IMG/VR virus record: IMGVR_UViG_3300032225_001888
Location: 1-53,205 of that record
Length of the DNA: 53,205 bases
DNA from: a virus
Lineage: Duplodnaviria > Caudoviricetes
Reading direction: 5' to 3' (one strand)
The translations under genes were made by a program, and so were the position numbers. Positions within the stretch are counted from its first letter, which is position 1; each line of letters opens with the position of its first letter. The notes under the pieces are model-generated. The model was not told the DNA's origin. It worked only from the letters and a program-made list of their open reading frames with translations, and ran no database searches. Positions 34,564 to 44,638 of the stretch are shown one piece after another.

Positions 34564-35337
34564 TTAGAAACTGGTGCCTGCTCCGGGGAAGGCTCCGAAC
34601 GGCAGTGTAGCTCCACCGAAGCGAGTACGGCAGCTGGACAAGCGTTTTCCGCATACGTCTTGGGCTGGCGTACCAACGCTCTGGTCGGTCTCACTGAAGT
34701 ATGAGCCGCCTGTGTAGGGACAGTCAACGCCATTGTAGTCAAAGCCTGCGCCGTTCCAGCGCCTGTATTGCCACTGGCATAAGTTGTTTATGACTACGCC
34801 TTTGGGGATGTTTACGCCTGCTAAGTCGAAGACGCTTGCTAGCTCAAACTCTATGATTTCTCCGGTTTCGGCGCTTTTACGGTCTACGTAATAGATTTCG
34901 CGGGGTAATTCGGCTGTGGGATCAGGCGTTCCGTAGGGGTTTGTGTTGCCTGGGAAGTTGCCTGCGTCGATGAACTTTGCCAGGGTGCGGATGCGCGTGA
35001 AGCGGGCGCCGGTCAGATCGCCGCCGTTGGTGGCAGCTGCGATGTCTAGGAGTAGGAGGCTGATCTGGCCATCGATGTTGCTAATACGTACTTGGGGGCG
35101 GGGGAGTTGGCCCTTTGTTTCGTAGTCAAAGCCGCGTGCTTCGATGGGCCAAGGGGCGTAAGGGTAGCCTGCCCAGATGATAGGGCCAACGAGAGCGCTA
35201 GCGTTCGTACCAGCGTGAAAGCGGTAGATTGTGTTGCTTCCGTGTAGGGACTCGGTTAGTTGCAGCTGGTACAGTTCGATGATCGCGGAGGGGGTTAGCT
35301 GAGCTAGCTCGGTGCGTACGCTGTCGGAATAGGTCAT
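34564..35337 (-). CDS. Lambda gpL-like minor tail protein
   Basis: RIRTLAKFID, EFELAS, CQWQYR, DVCGKRLSSC and FGAFPG. Confidence 0.92.
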   Translation of the reverse strand: MTYSDSVRTELAQLTPSAIIELYQLQLTESLHGSNTIYRFHAGTNASALVGPIIWAGYPYAPWPIEARGFDYETKGQLPRPQVRISNIDGQISLLLLDIAAATNGGDLTGARFTRIRTLAKFIDAGNFPGNTNPYGTPDPTAELPREIYYVDRKSAETGEIIEFELASVFDLAGVNIPKGVVINNLCQWQYRRWNGAGFDYNGVDCPYTGGSYFSETDQSVGTPAQDVCGKRLSSCRTRFGGATLPFGAFPGAGTSF

Positions 35338-37385
35338 GGGATGTAAGTGGAGTCGGATGCGCGATAGAACCAGCTGAAGTCAGTGGTGGCGTCTGTTACG
35401 GGCATACTACTTGTTACGTCTGTTACGGTAAAGCTGCCAGCAGTTAGAGATGCAGTTGGGCTTGATACTGTTGGTGCGCTAGTTGCGCTGAATGTGTAGG
35501 GTAGACCTGTAAGCGGGGTGCTAGTAATTGTGGTATATTCAGCTGGTACTGATATGGTAGTTGCGGGGGAAGCCATATTGAATGTTACAATAATGTCCCG
35601 GCCGGCAATGGCATACATATCTTTTCCTGGTAACTTACTGATGCTGCGATACGGAGCGTAGATAACACTGCCTGTAGATGGGTCCGCGGTAATGCGCTCG
35701 GCAGCGGAAACTACTCCTGTAGCGTCAAACCTAGAAATCTGAATACCTGCGGGTGTAATGGCAAGGACACACACGTACGTACTATCACACGTTACGGCAA
35801 ATGGGCTGTTGAAGTAACCATAACCACTAGATGAGTCAATATATGCCGCAGACACAGCCAAAGTAGTTGTGTCTATAAACACTACTATACTTCCCTGAAT
35901 AAGCACAATATCAGTGCCTGTACATTGCATTATGCCCAGCGAGGGTATAAACAATGAAGACGGTGTACCGTATGCCATTGTAGTTAGTATGCTTAGGTCT
36001 GGAGCAATTTTTGTTATTTGTATGCCGTATGCCGCACCGGAGCTACCCACTCCGGCTCCAATGTAGTTCACTGCGTATGTGTTGCCCCTATTATCGAATA
36101 CTATATTGGGACTGGCTTCGTAGAAGTAGCTTCCTCCGCTGTAGCTGTACTGCATCAGCGGCACGCCATCTGGGGATAGCACACGCACGCGACCGTTAGA
36201 AAAACCATCTTCTTGTATAAATAGATTACCTGTAATGGTATTTACACGTATGCGGGCGGTCTGTATGTAATCCAGCGTAGGCATGTTTACTCGCTTTGAC
36301 CATACGAGTACGCCATCGAACCTAAGTTTATGGATGTGGTAGTATGTGCCGTAGTATGGATCGGAGAACGCGATAAGCATGTATATGCCCGCATCTTGAG
36401 GTGCCAAAGCCGTGGTATAGACCGTGTACGGGCCACTAAACTGCTTTATACCTAATCCGATATGCTTACACCACTGCAGTTCTCCTGCCGCCGATCGCTT
36501 TGTAACTACCAGTGTATTATCTCCAACGGAGCCTGAAGGCGCTAAGTAATCTGTGCAGTAATACGTGTTACCTGCTGAGTCTATATGGCAACTAGGGGTC
36601 TGTCCAACATAATAATCGTAATGCGGAACCTTCGTATAGGCAATACTGAGTATAGGAGCGACTATGGGCAAAAGTTCCCTACGTAGTGGTTCGATGGTAC
36701 GAGTAAGCTGCAACTGAACGTCATTATTATTGAAGCCGTTGTAGCTTATTGTCCAGTCGGTGCAAGTGTAGTAGCCGAGGGCGCCTGTTTGTGGGTCGGT
36801 CCACTGGAAGGTAGTTACGCCTCGGGCGCCGCGTAGGAAGGTGCGAATGGCATCACGTTCGGCGTTACTCCGTTTGCTCAGCTGGACCGACCACACTTCC
36901 CGCTGAGGGTTTAGGCCGAATCTGTAGCGCTGTATGTAGCCGTCGCCATACTCAACCGGCTTTACTCGTGTGTCGTACTCCTTGCGGGCAGCGTAATCGA
37001 CAATCCAGGTGAACGCGGTTGTGGGGGCGGCCTGTGTGACGGGGTTGGTGCCTCCTGGCACGTAGGCAAGCTCGAATGTTGCTTCAACTGTTGAGAAGCG
37101 GCACGAATCTAAGGTTGTCGTCCATTTTGTGCAGACGAACTGGGCTGTTTCGCCAAAAGGAGGTGTCCATGTGAATGTCTCTACGCCTTTGCGTGCATCT
37201 AAGAAGTTGTATATGGCGGCGGTATCGCTTACGCTCCTGCTACTGAAGCGTAAGGACCATGTGTCCCTGTAGGGGTTGATCCCGTAGGCGGGTCGCTGCC
37301 TGTAACCCCCCAGTTCCACGGAACTTACGCGGGGAGCAGAGCTTTCGCTGGCCGGTACGTCGGGAACCCAAGTGAAGGTCGGCAT
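35334..37385 (-). CDS. Tandem gpM-like domains fused to a beta-rich domain
   Basis: Two FTW...G.NP...W...FL..xxG...FxWTxP repeats, then ~450 aa Tyr/Thr-rich region. Confidence 0.8.
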   Translation of the reverse strand: MPTFTWVPDVPASESSAPRVSSVELGGYRQRPAYGINPYRDTWSLRFSSRSVSDTAAIYNFLDARKGVETFTWTPPFGETAQFVCTKWTTTLDSCRFSTVEATFELAYVPGGTNPVTQAAPTTAFTWIVDYAARKEYDTRVKPVEYGDGYIQRYRFGLNPQREVWSVQLSKRSNAERDAIRTFLRGARGVTTFQWTDPQTGALGYYTCTDWTISYNGFNNNDVQLQLTRTIEPLRRELLPIVAPILSIAYTKVPHYDYYVGQTPSCHIDSAGNTYYCTDYLAPSGSVGDNTLVVTKRSAAGELQWCKHIGLGIKQFSGPYTVYTTALAPQDAGIYMLIAFSDPYYGTYYHIHKLRFDGVLVWSKRVNMPTLDYIQTARIRVNTITGNLFIQEDGFSNGRVRVLSPDGVPLMQYSYSGGSYFYEASPNIVFDNRGNTYAVNYIGAGVGSSGAAYGIQITKIAPDLSILTTMAYGTPSSLFIPSLGIMQCTGTDIVLIQGSIVVFIDTTTLAVSAAYIDSSSGYGYFNSPFAVTCDSTYVCVLAITPAGIQISRFDATGVVSAAERITADPSTGSVIYAPYRSISKLPGKDMYAIAGRDIIVTFNMASPATTISVPAEYTTITSTPLTGLPYTFSATSAPTVSSPTASLTAGSFTVTDVTSSMPVTDATTDFSWFYRASDSTYIP

Positions 37386-37388
37386 GAC

Positions 37389-40300
37389 TCAGCTTAGGAG
37401 GCCGCCTGGGCGTTTCTGCCTCAGGAGTTCGGCTTGTACGGCCGATGCTACTGCCTTACCGAGTTGGGCGCTGGTGTCGGCGTTACCTTGGGTGCTGGTC
37501 GTGCCATCGCTGGAGACGTTGACGGTGATATTGGTGGTGCCCCCGCCCCCGGCGACGCCGAGTTTGCCGTCCGCACCACGGCGGAGGGGCATGATCGCCT
37601 CGGGGCCGGCTTCGCCCATCAGGCCCGCACCAGGCACGCCGCCGTTGGCGTAGGCGAACATCGTGGGGCGACGTACCACCCCGCCCATGGCGAAGGGCTG
37701 GATGCCGTTCGTTGCGAAGATGCCGCCTTTGGCCATAGGCGTGCCGCCGAAGAACGGAATGCCCTGCAAACTCGGGGCCAGAGCAGGCATACCAGCACTG
37801 AATGCAGGCAAGCTGGATGTGCCGCTACCACCAAGCATACCCAGCATCGAGCTAATTGGGTTGCCTAGGTTGGCTAAGGGGGCCATGATTGTGCGCAGAA
37901 TAAACTGCTGCGTAATCATGCGGATTGTGTCCTTAATGATGCTGTTGGCCAGTTCGCGGAAGTTGATAGACCCGGTGGTGGCTAGCGACACAAGCTGGTC
38001 CTCTAGGCCCTTGATGGCGTTGGTTGTTAGGTCGGTGGTGGCGGCTTTTAGGGTGCCAATGGATTCCACGTACTTGCGGGTGCCTTCGTAGAAGCCGCCA
38101 GCAACGTCAGTGTCCTGCCGCAGGCGCAGAAGGTCGTTCTGTTTGGCCAGTTCCACAGTCAGCAGAGTGCTGTTGAGGTACTGAGACTTAGCCAACTCTA
38201 CTGCATTTTCATACCCGGCTATATTATCTTCTAATAAAATATTGGCGTCCGCTTGATTAGCCAGTTTCTTAGCTTCTATATCTGCACTTTCTTTTGTTCT
38301 AGCCGCTTTGGCAATCTCCAACCTGTACGTGTCTTCTAAGGTAATAAGTTGCTTAGCTAGACCTTCGCTTACGCCGAGGTCAGTTAGTTTGCGCGTCTCG
38401 TAGAAATCCTTGACGCCTTTCTCCAGATCGGCTAGGCCCTGCGTACTGGCGGCTACAGACTCCTTGAACGCCAACACGGACTGCTCAGCGAGATTGGTGC
38501 GTGCGGAAGCGTCGGTCTGGGCCAGCTGCTGCTGTCGTGCCGAACTAACCCCTGCAGCTGCGCCCGCCAAGGTGGGCATTGGCGCCGACCTAACGGGAGC
38601 GACGGCTGCGGAGGGAGCAGTAGGTAGGGAGGTAGGCGCTGCCGCTAGGAGTCTTTCTAGCTGCTGTATGCGTGCATTCAGTTTTTTGGCTCTAGTTATT
38701 TGTTTTTTGACCTCCATATCTGCGGCTTCCTGACTTACAGTTACTTGCCCTGTTTGTATGTCTCTAACATACGTGCGGTTAGCTTCTTGCTCAGCTAAGA
38801 GCTGATTACGCCTTACTGTAAGTTCTCCTGCATAGGCTAGGCGTTGAGCAGCATCTTTTGTACCCTTGCTTATGGCTTCGGCGCTGCGTACGGCGTAGTC
38901 GTGTTGGATTTCGCCTACACGACGGGCGTAGGCGAGGTTGGTTTTGTTGATTGCGTCGGCTACGCCCTTTTGGTAGTCGGCGAGGGTGCGGGCTTGGGTG
39001 CGCTCGTCGTCGGCGATCTGTTGTTCAAGGGTGAGGCGCTCGTCACGGGCTGTACGGCCGATCTCAATAAACTTACGGCTGATGTCGAGGAGGGCTGAGT
39101 CCTCTCCCTGCGCCCTGCGGACGGCTAGGGCTGTGTCCTCGGCGCGGTCGGAGGCTTTCTGGCGGATGGCTGCGATGTTGCGCTCGATCTGCAGGCGCGT
39201 GTCGGCGAACTGCAGTTCGATGCGTTTGGCGTCCTCTGCGGCACGCAGGCGGATGTCGGCGAGTTGTTCTTCGCGCTGTACGCGAGCGTCGAACAGGGCC
39301 TTGTCCCGCGTATCGATCGCCGTGAGCAGGGCTTTTGCGCGTTTTTCCTGTTCCTTGGCGGCCTCGGCTGCCTTGGAGTCCGTGCCAGTCTTTAGATCGG
39401 CTTGTTTTTTGGAGTCTGTACGGCGCCGTATTGCATCAAGGGTACTTACAGCCGCGTTCAGTGTGTCAAACTTAGCTTGATCGAACTTGACACTTACTTT
39501 GGATGTATAAGCAGCTTGTCTTTCTTCGGCTGCGGTTCGCGGTCCAACGAAGGCGTCGGAGCGCACACGTGCGCGTGTAGCTTCGCGTTCTTTGAAGCCC
39601 TGCGGGGACGCCTCGTTGCGCATGGCACGCAAATCCTTAAGGCTTAGGCGGCCCTCCTCTACTTGAGACACGTAGTAGCCCGCGCCTGGTTTGATGGCGC
39701 CTGTCTGCATCAGTTTCTCTACTACGGCGTTGAGTTGCGCAAGGGCGCGGGTGGCGAAGTCTTGGATTGCGGCACCTGTGGGGCCGAAGGCATCGCCGAT
39801 GGCCTTGGCTGTTTTCTCCCACTGACGGGCCATCCGCTCGCCGGCCATTTCTGTTGACTTGGCCAGAATCTCGGCGTCTTTCGCGTAGCGTTTGTAGGCG
39901 TAGGCGAGGAACTTAACGAAGTCGTCCGTGCTGACTTTGCCTTCCTCAAACGCCTTGTCGAGTTCCTGCGGTGTTTTGTTCAAGCTGGCGGCGAACAGGG
40001 CCAGCGCACCAGGCAGACGCTCGCCAAGTTGGCCTCGGATTTCTTCGGCGGTGGCCTTGCCCTTGGAGAAGACTTGGGAGACGGCGGTAAGCGCCGCATC
40101 GACGCCTTCGACACTGCCGGTGGTGGCGAGGATGGAGGCGGTGACAGCCTCATAGGCCAGCTTGGCGTCTTGGATCGAGCGCCCAGACCCAACAACCGCA
40201 GCAGAGAGCCTAGTGAACTGCTTAGCGCCTTCCAGTACGGGAACGTTAAAGCGTTCGGATGCGCCTGTAACGGTACTGATGGCGGTCTGGTAGTCGCCAA

Positions 40301-41729
40301 AGCTGCTTACGATGCCCTGGAGCGCGGTGCGTGTCTGACGGATCTGGGCGGCGTACTCGGCCATCTGGCCGATCTGCTGCCTGATCATGCCGACTTGGGC
40401 GCCGATGGCTGCACCAGCGAAGGCACCTTCTACGCCTCCCAGCGCCGCACCAGCCACGCCGCCTAGGAAGCCCTCTGGGCCGCCGTAGATGCCGCCCGCG
40501 ATTGCCGCACCAGCGGCTTGGGTTACGCCCGCTGCCCCTAAGCGGCGACGGCCTGAGGATCTTTCAATTTGGGCGTCGAGTTTATTTATTTCCCTATTCG
40601 CGTCTCTGTACTCTTTAGATGTGGCGCGTACGCCATCGCGAAGTGAAAGCCAGACTTCCCTCTGTGAACGGAGGCTGCGTACACTGCCGTCAGACGTAGA
40701 TGCGACTTCACGCAGAGTGGCTGCAACCTGCTTGTAGCTACGGCCCATTAGCTGGGCATTATTAGCTGCAGATTGTCCCTGTAGCGCTGCGATTCCTTGG
40801 AACAGTTCGCTGGCCTCGGCTGGTCCTTGCATTGCGCCGCTGCGGGCAGCTGCCTGACGTTCCAGCCTTCGCTCATTGCGAGCAATGGACTTCTGAACAG
40901 GGTCGTTTATGCCTTGTGACCACGTTCCGAAACCGGTCTGATTTTGCCTAGCTGCCTCTAAGCGAGCTTGTGTCCTAGCGATAGGAGTATTAGCTAATTC
41001 TCTATTTAGGTCTTGTTGCGACTTGAGTAGACGACGTTCTTCCTTATCGATAGATATAATTACTTCGCGCCAGCGCTTACCGCCCAGCTCCACGTTCTGC
41101 AGCTCAGCACGAAGTTCAGCAAGGCCCTGGCTCACGCCTGCCGATGTATTCGGCAGTTGGGGCATTTTTGTTGCAGCATTAGCCAGTTCGGGACCAAGAC
41201 GGTATGCGGCTTCGGCAGCGATTACGTTTTGACGACCTTGCGCCAAGTTGTACGGAAGTTCTCTGCGCTTTATGGCCGTAAGCTTGGACTCGTAATCCTT
41301 AGAGTAGACGGAAAGCTCGGCCAGATCCTTTTTCAGTACGGCTATCTGAGCGCCGAATGTGCTGCCTTTAGCGCCTACTTTTTGTGCCCGTAGTTGCGCA
41401 TCTGAAAACTGCTTTACGCCTGTAGCGGCTTCCTTATATGCCGCATTAAGGGAGTCGATGTCCTTAGCAAGCTCTTTATATGTACCGCTATTAAGTTTTG
41501 CTTGACTCTGCAGTGCGGTAAGTACGCTGGTTTGACCGCGTAGAAGCTGTGCAGTTCTATCTGTAGCTGTGCCTAAATTTAGAATATTTACACGAAGTTT
41601 TCTAATCTCCTCGTCGGTGAGGCCCGTTACTTTACCTAAGTCTCTGAACGAGCCTTTGATCTTGTCTATGCCTTCAAAACCTTGCGTTTTTAGGCGTACG
41701 AAAATATCATTTACCTGCGGAGCAGCCAC
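37389..41729 (-). CDS. Tape measure protein (1446 aa)
   Basis: Long helical Ala-rich protein; SKGKATAEEIRGQLGERLPG; AMGG...GEAGPEAIMPL C-terminus. Confidence 0.95.
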   Translation of the reverse strand: MAAPQVNDIFVRLKTQGFEGIDKIKGSFRDLGKVTGLTDEEIRKLRVNILNLGTATDRTAQLLRGQTSVLTALQSQAKLNSGTYKELAKDIDSLNAAYKEAATGVKQFSDAQLRAQKVGAKGSTFGAQIAVLKKDLAELSVYSKDYESKLTAIKRRELPYNLAQGRQNVIAAEAAYRLGPELANAATKMPQLPNTSAGVSQGLAELRAELQNVELGGKRWREVIISIDKEERRLLKSQQDLNRELANTPIARTQARLEAARQNQTGFGTWSQGINDPVQKSIARNERRLERQAAARSGAMQGPAEASELFQGIAALQGQSAANNAQLMGRSYKQVAATLREVASTSDGSVRSLRSQREVWLSLRDGVRATSKEYRDANREINKLDAQIERSSGRRRLGAAGVTQAAGAAIAGGIYGGPEGFLGGVAGAALGGVEGAFAGAAIGAQVGMIRQQIGQMAEYAAQIRQTRTALQGIVSSFGDYQTAISTVTGASERFNVPVLEGAKQFTRLSAAVVGSGRSIQDAKLAYEAVTASILATTGSVEGVDAALTAVSQVFSKGKATAEEIRGQLGERLPGALALFAASLNKTPQELDKAFEEGKVSTDDFVKFLAYAYKRYAKDAEILAKSTEMAGERMARQWEKTAKAIGDAFGPTGAAIQDFATRALAQLNAVVEKLMQTGAIKPGAGYYVSQVEEGRLSLKDLRAMRNEASPQGFKEREATRARVRSDAFVGPRTAAEERQAAYTSKVSVKFDQAKFDTLNAAVSTLDAIRRRTDSKKQADLKTGTDSKAAEAAKEQEKRAKALLTAIDTRDKALFDARVQREEQLADIRLRAAEDAKRIELQFADTRLQIERNIAAIRQKASDRAEDTALAVRRAQGEDSALLDISRKFIEIGRTARDERLTLEQQIADDERTQARTLADYQKGVADAINKTNLAYARRVGEIQHDYAVRSAEAISKGTKDAAQRLAYAGELTVRRNQLLAEQEANRTYVRDIQTGQVTVSQEAADMEVKKQITRAKKLNARIQQLERLLAAAPTSLPTAPSAAVAPVRSAPMPTLAGAAAGVSSARQQQLAQTDASARTNLAEQSVLAFKESVAASTQGLADLEKGVKDFYETRKLTDLGVSEGLAKQLITLEDTYRLEIAKAARTKESADIEAKKLANQADANILLEDNIAGYENAVELAKSQYLNSTLLTVELAKQNDLLRLRQDTDVAGGFYEGTRKYVESIGTLKAATTDLTTNAIKGLEDQLVSLATTGSINFRELANSIIKDTIRMITQQFILRTIMAPLANLGNPISSMLGMLGGSGTSSLPAFSAGMPALAPSLQGIPFFGGTPMAKGGIFATNGIQPFAMGGVVRRPTMFAYANGGVPGAGLMGEAGPEAIMPLRRGADGKLGVAGGGGTTNITVNVSSDGTTSTQGNADTSAQLGKAVASAVQAELLRQKRPGGLLS

Positions 41730-42092
41730 TTAGTCTTCCTCCGACTTAGCGAAGACGCTGAGAGCGGCTGTCTCCATGATCTGCAGCCCCTCCAGCATCG
41801 AACGGCGGTCCTCTACGCAGTATAGGTCGAAAAGGCCACCAGCATGAAGTAGTACGTCGTAGCGTAGGCCGACGTAGCCCGCCATGGATACGGTCCACTG
41901 CGTCTGCATACGCAGAAACATCATCACCGTATCCCAGTTTTCGTCCCAGACAACAAAGTTGTCCGCATCGGGATCGGGTGGCGTTTCCGGCTTAGGCAGG
42001 ACGATGCCGAAGGCCCGCGCATCGTCCTGTGTCTGATCCTCTACTCGCTTACTGCCGCCTGCCCAGTAGATGGCGGCCTCTCTCAGTTTCCC
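41730..42092 (-). CDS. Tail assembly chaperone T segment (DUF1799-like), reached by -1 frameshift
   Basis: The -1 frame is open from GGGAAAC: ...VWDENWDTVMMFLRMQTQW...GLRY...LQIME. Confidence 0.8.
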   Translation of the reverse strand, partial: GKLREAAIYWAGGSKRVEDQTQDDARAFGIVLPKPETPPDPDADNFVVWDENWDTVMMFLRMQTQWTVSMAGYVGLRYDVLLHAGGLFDLYCVEDRRSMLEGLQIMETAALSVFAKSEED

Positions 42093-42409
42093 GCTCGGGC
42101 TCCATCAAAGGTGGAGGAGTAGGCACTGATCACGGCTCGCATCCAGTAGCCGTCGTCGCATTGGGCCTTGAGGTTTTCCTTGGTGAAGGGAACGGGTTTG
42201 CCGTCTTCGTCGTTGATGTCGGACCAGCCGAGCAGCAGCTTCTCGATCAGCGCGGCATCGCCCTTGTCGGCCAGGCCCGAAAACTCGGCACGGCCCATCC
42301 GCTTGAACGTAGCGGTGAAGGTCGATTCCTCAAAGTCGCCTCCGTCAACAGGATCTTTGACGATTACGGGCCACTTGAAAGAGGTGGGCTTCTTGCGGAC
42401 GTAGGCCAT
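42083..42409 (-). CDS. Tail assembly chaperone G
   Basis: FTATFKR, GWSDINDEDGKPVPF; ends GCG GGA AAC TGA. Confidence 0.85.
   Translation of the reverse strand: MAYVRKKPTSFKWPVIVKDPVDGGDFEESTFTATFKRMGRAEFSGLADKGDAALIEKLLLGWSDINDEDGKPVPFTKENLKAQCDDGYWMRAVISAYSSTFDGARAGN
42086..42092 (-). other. Programmed -1 frameshift slippery site G GGA AAC
   Basis: XXXYYYZ heptamer immediately before the G stop, between tail tube and tape measure. Confidence 0.85.
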
Positions 42410-42475
42410 TAGCTGGAAGACGTAATGCGTAAGTAGTATAGGTGTGACGTTGAGAAGCCGCCAAGCCTTTGTGGG

Positions 42476-42547
42476 GCATGGCGGCTAAGTGGCGGGGCAG
42501 TTAGGGGGCTAGGCAGCTAAGCGGCGAGGGGGCTTAGCTGCCACGCC
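42476..42547. repeat. Degenerate octamer array (9 units) overlapping a hairpin at 42456-42486
   Basis: gcatggcg gctaagtg gcggggca gttagggg gctaggca gctaagcg gcgagggg gcttagct gccacgcc. Confidence 0.8.
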
Positions 42548-42550
42548 AGC

Positions 42551-43483
42551 TTAGGTGTAGGCCAGGCTTACTTCGTCGTTGCCGGTGGAGCTGGGGACGG
42601 CGGTGTAGGGAAGGTTGAGCATGGCCACGCCGTCCTGATCGCCGTAAGAGGGATCGCCGAGGTCGGCGCGGGGGACGTTGAAGGTGACGCGGTTGTTGGC
42701 TGGGCCGTGCTGGAAGGTGAGGTTGCCGGTCGTGCCATCGGCCAGGGCGGCGGCGAAGTAGTCCTTCGTGGCGATGGTCGGCATTTCGATCATCGCGGTG
42801 CCGGTGGATGCCCGCTGCGTAATCAGCACCTCCCTAGAGCAGCCGACCAGTTCGCGGTAGACGGTAGTGTTGCCAACGTCGAAGCTGACGGATTGGAGAC
42901 AGCCCGCGTAGGAGAACAGTTGGAAGGCAGAAGTGTTGCCCTGTTTGAAGATGAGCGGGGTGGCTTGGTTGGAGTAGGTGACCGAGGGGGCAGCGGTGTC
43001 GGTGGGGGCGTTGTAGATGCCGACCAGGGTGAATTGGATGGTGGGGATCTGCCCGACTTCTGCGTTGAGGGTGAACGTGCCACGGGCACCCGTGACCTTA
43101 TGCAGAACGCCGTCGAGGTTGTAATAGATGGTTACGCTGGAGAAGCTCGCGCTTACGGGGGCGTAAGTGACTGAGGTAGAGGCGACGATGGTTTCGCTAA
43201 GGCCGCAGGCTTGGAGGGCTGCGCCGTAGCGGGGGGCCGTACCAGCGGTGCCGGAACCGGCGAGTTCCACGGTGAATTGGCACTCCACGCGGGTATTGGC
43301 CAGCAGCTGCTCGGAGGCGCCCAGGTAAGCGCGGACGAGATCGCGGCTCACCACATCTGACTGCATCGGCGTCACGCTCAGGTCACGCACCAGCACGGCA
43401 TCGGTGCCAGCGGGCGTGATGTCGGTGCCGTAGGTGGACTCCTTTTTGAGGAGAATGAGGCGCTTGCGAGTAAGGAGGGCCAT
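42551..43483 (-). CDS. Major tail tube protein
   Basis: ESTYGTD, ELAGSGTAGTAP..G..LxACG; position upstream of the chaperones. Confidence 0.88.
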   Translation of the reverse strand: MALLTRKRLILLKKESTYGTDITPAGTDAVLVRDLSVTPMQSDVVSRDLVRAYLGASEQLLANTRVECQFTVELAGSGTAGTAPRYGAALQACGLSETIVASTSVTYAPVSASFSSVTIYYNLDGVLHKVTGARGTFTLNAEVGQIPTIQFTLVGIYNAPTDTAAPSVTYSNQATPLIFKQGNTSAFQLFSYAGCLQSVSFDVGNTTVYRELVGCSREVLITQRASTGTAMIEMPTIATKDYFAAALADGTTGNLTFQHGPANNRVTFNVPRADLGDPSYGDQDGVAMLNLPYTAVPSSTGNDEVSLAYT

Positions 43484-43496
43484 GGGTGGTTACCTA

Positions 43497-43715
43497 TCAG
43501 GAGGTGGGGAGAGCAGGGGCTGTCTGTTCGATCAGGGTGCGTACCCCTGTCTCGGGATCGAGCAGGTAAGTTCCGCCTTGTCCGTGGTACGCATCCACCG
43601 TAGGCACTGAGGGGTTGGAGGACTCAGCCTCGTCGGTAGGTGGGGCTGGGGCCACGGGGGGCTGGGGAGCGGTGGGGGCTTCGTCGGGGGAAGCTGGGGA
43701 TGCTTGACGCGCCAT
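43497..43715 (-). CDS. Small hypothetical protein
   Basis: GQGGTYLLDPETGVRTLIEQT motif. Confidence 0.7.
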   Translation of the reverse strand: MARQASPASPDEAPTAPQPPVAPAPPTDEAESSNPSVPTVDAYHGQGGTYLLDPETGVRTLIEQTAPALPTS

Positions 43716-43718
43716 AAC

Positions 43719-44144
43719 TTAGGTGTCGAGTGAGCTTACGGTTGTGCGGTACTTGATGATGTACTCGCAGGTGATTACGCCAGCGGGAGTATCTGCCTCA
43801 ACGAATTCAAAGTCTACTGGGGCAGGCTGGACATCAATAACGAGGCCGCCAAGGGTGAGGTCGGCGACCAGTTTGGCGTGCATGGAGCTGATGGTTGGGT
43901 CGGCTGCCTGATCGGCGACGTTGGCGCGGCTCACTACGACAAAGCGGACGCGGAATGTCCAGTCGAGGAAGGGGAGGGAGGTGTTCTGGGCGGGGGTGTC
44001 CTTGAAGGGGACAATGACGATCGCGGGGGATTCTTCGCGGGGGAAGGGCTCAACCCTGTTGCGGTAGATGCGCGTACCAACGCCCGTCGTGCCGACTAGG
44101 GCGGTGGCAAAGGCCTGTAGGATGCGCTCGCGTTTGGTGCTCAT
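43719..44144 (-). CDS. Tail terminator/completion protein
   Basis: KRERIL..RIYRNR..ESPAI..DLTLGGL; synteny. Confidence 0.7.
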   Translation of the reverse strand: MSTKRERILQAFATALVGTTGVGTRIYRNRVEPFPREESPAIVIVPFKDTPAQNTSLPFLDWTFRVRFVVVSRANVADQAADPTISSMHAKLVADLTLGGLVIDVQPAPVDFEFVEADTPAGVITCEYIIKYRTTVSSLDT

Positions 44145-44284
44145 CGGCGTTTAGGGAACGGGCCAGGGTCGGACTTGTTTTCGGTAATGGCTACGGAGCG
44201 TTTGTAGATGTGGCAGTCTGTTTTGCCCGCTGCCTCAAGTGCTAGGCGGACCTTACCCCACTTGGCCTTAGTTTCGTAGTCCAT
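44141..44284 (-). CDS. Small cyanophage protein (47 aa; not in ORF track)
   Basis: MDYETKAKWGKVRLALEAAGKTDCHIYKRSVAI...DP; ATGA overlap. Confidence 0.65.
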   Translation of the reverse strand: MDYETKAKWGKVRLALEAAGKTDCHIYKRSVAITENKSDPGPFPKRR

Positions 44285-44288
44285 AAGC

Positions 44289-44567
44289 TCAGGTGCGTGT
44301 AAGCATGAGGGTGCAAAACTTTCCGTCGTCTAGGCGCATAGATTCCCTGACTGTATAGGCAACACCGTCTACGGTTACAGAATCGTTGTAGCTTAGGGTG
44401 CCGAAGATGGAAGCTAGGCAGGTGAGGGCGTAGTCGGTGGTGAGGACTACGCCATCGGCGACAATCTGGGATGGCATGTCGAGGATGCCTAGGCCGCGCT
44501 TTGAGCCGGAGGTTACGGGTACGCCAAAGTCGGCTAGGTAGATGTCGAGGTCTTCGTCGAAAGCCAT
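44289..44567 (-). CDS. Head-tail joining (gpFII-like) protein
   Basis: DFGV, GILD and VTVDGVAYTVRE..DDG. Confidence 0.75.
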   Translation of the reverse strand: MAFDEDLDIYLADFGVPVTSGSKRGLGILDMPSQIVADGVVLTTDYALTCLASIFGTLSYNDSVTVDGVAYTVRESMRLDDGKFCTLMLTRT

Positions 44568-44586
44568 GGCGGTGTCCAGCTATAGG

Positions 44587-44612
44587 AAAGCCCCAGACGG
44601 TGGGCCTGGGGC
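44587..44612 (-). terminator. Terminator after head genes
   Basis: GCCCCAG/CTGGGGC stem followed by TTT on the minus strand. Confidence 0.55.
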
Positions 44613-44638
44613 GGGGTGGCTTCGCTGAGCTAGGTAGC

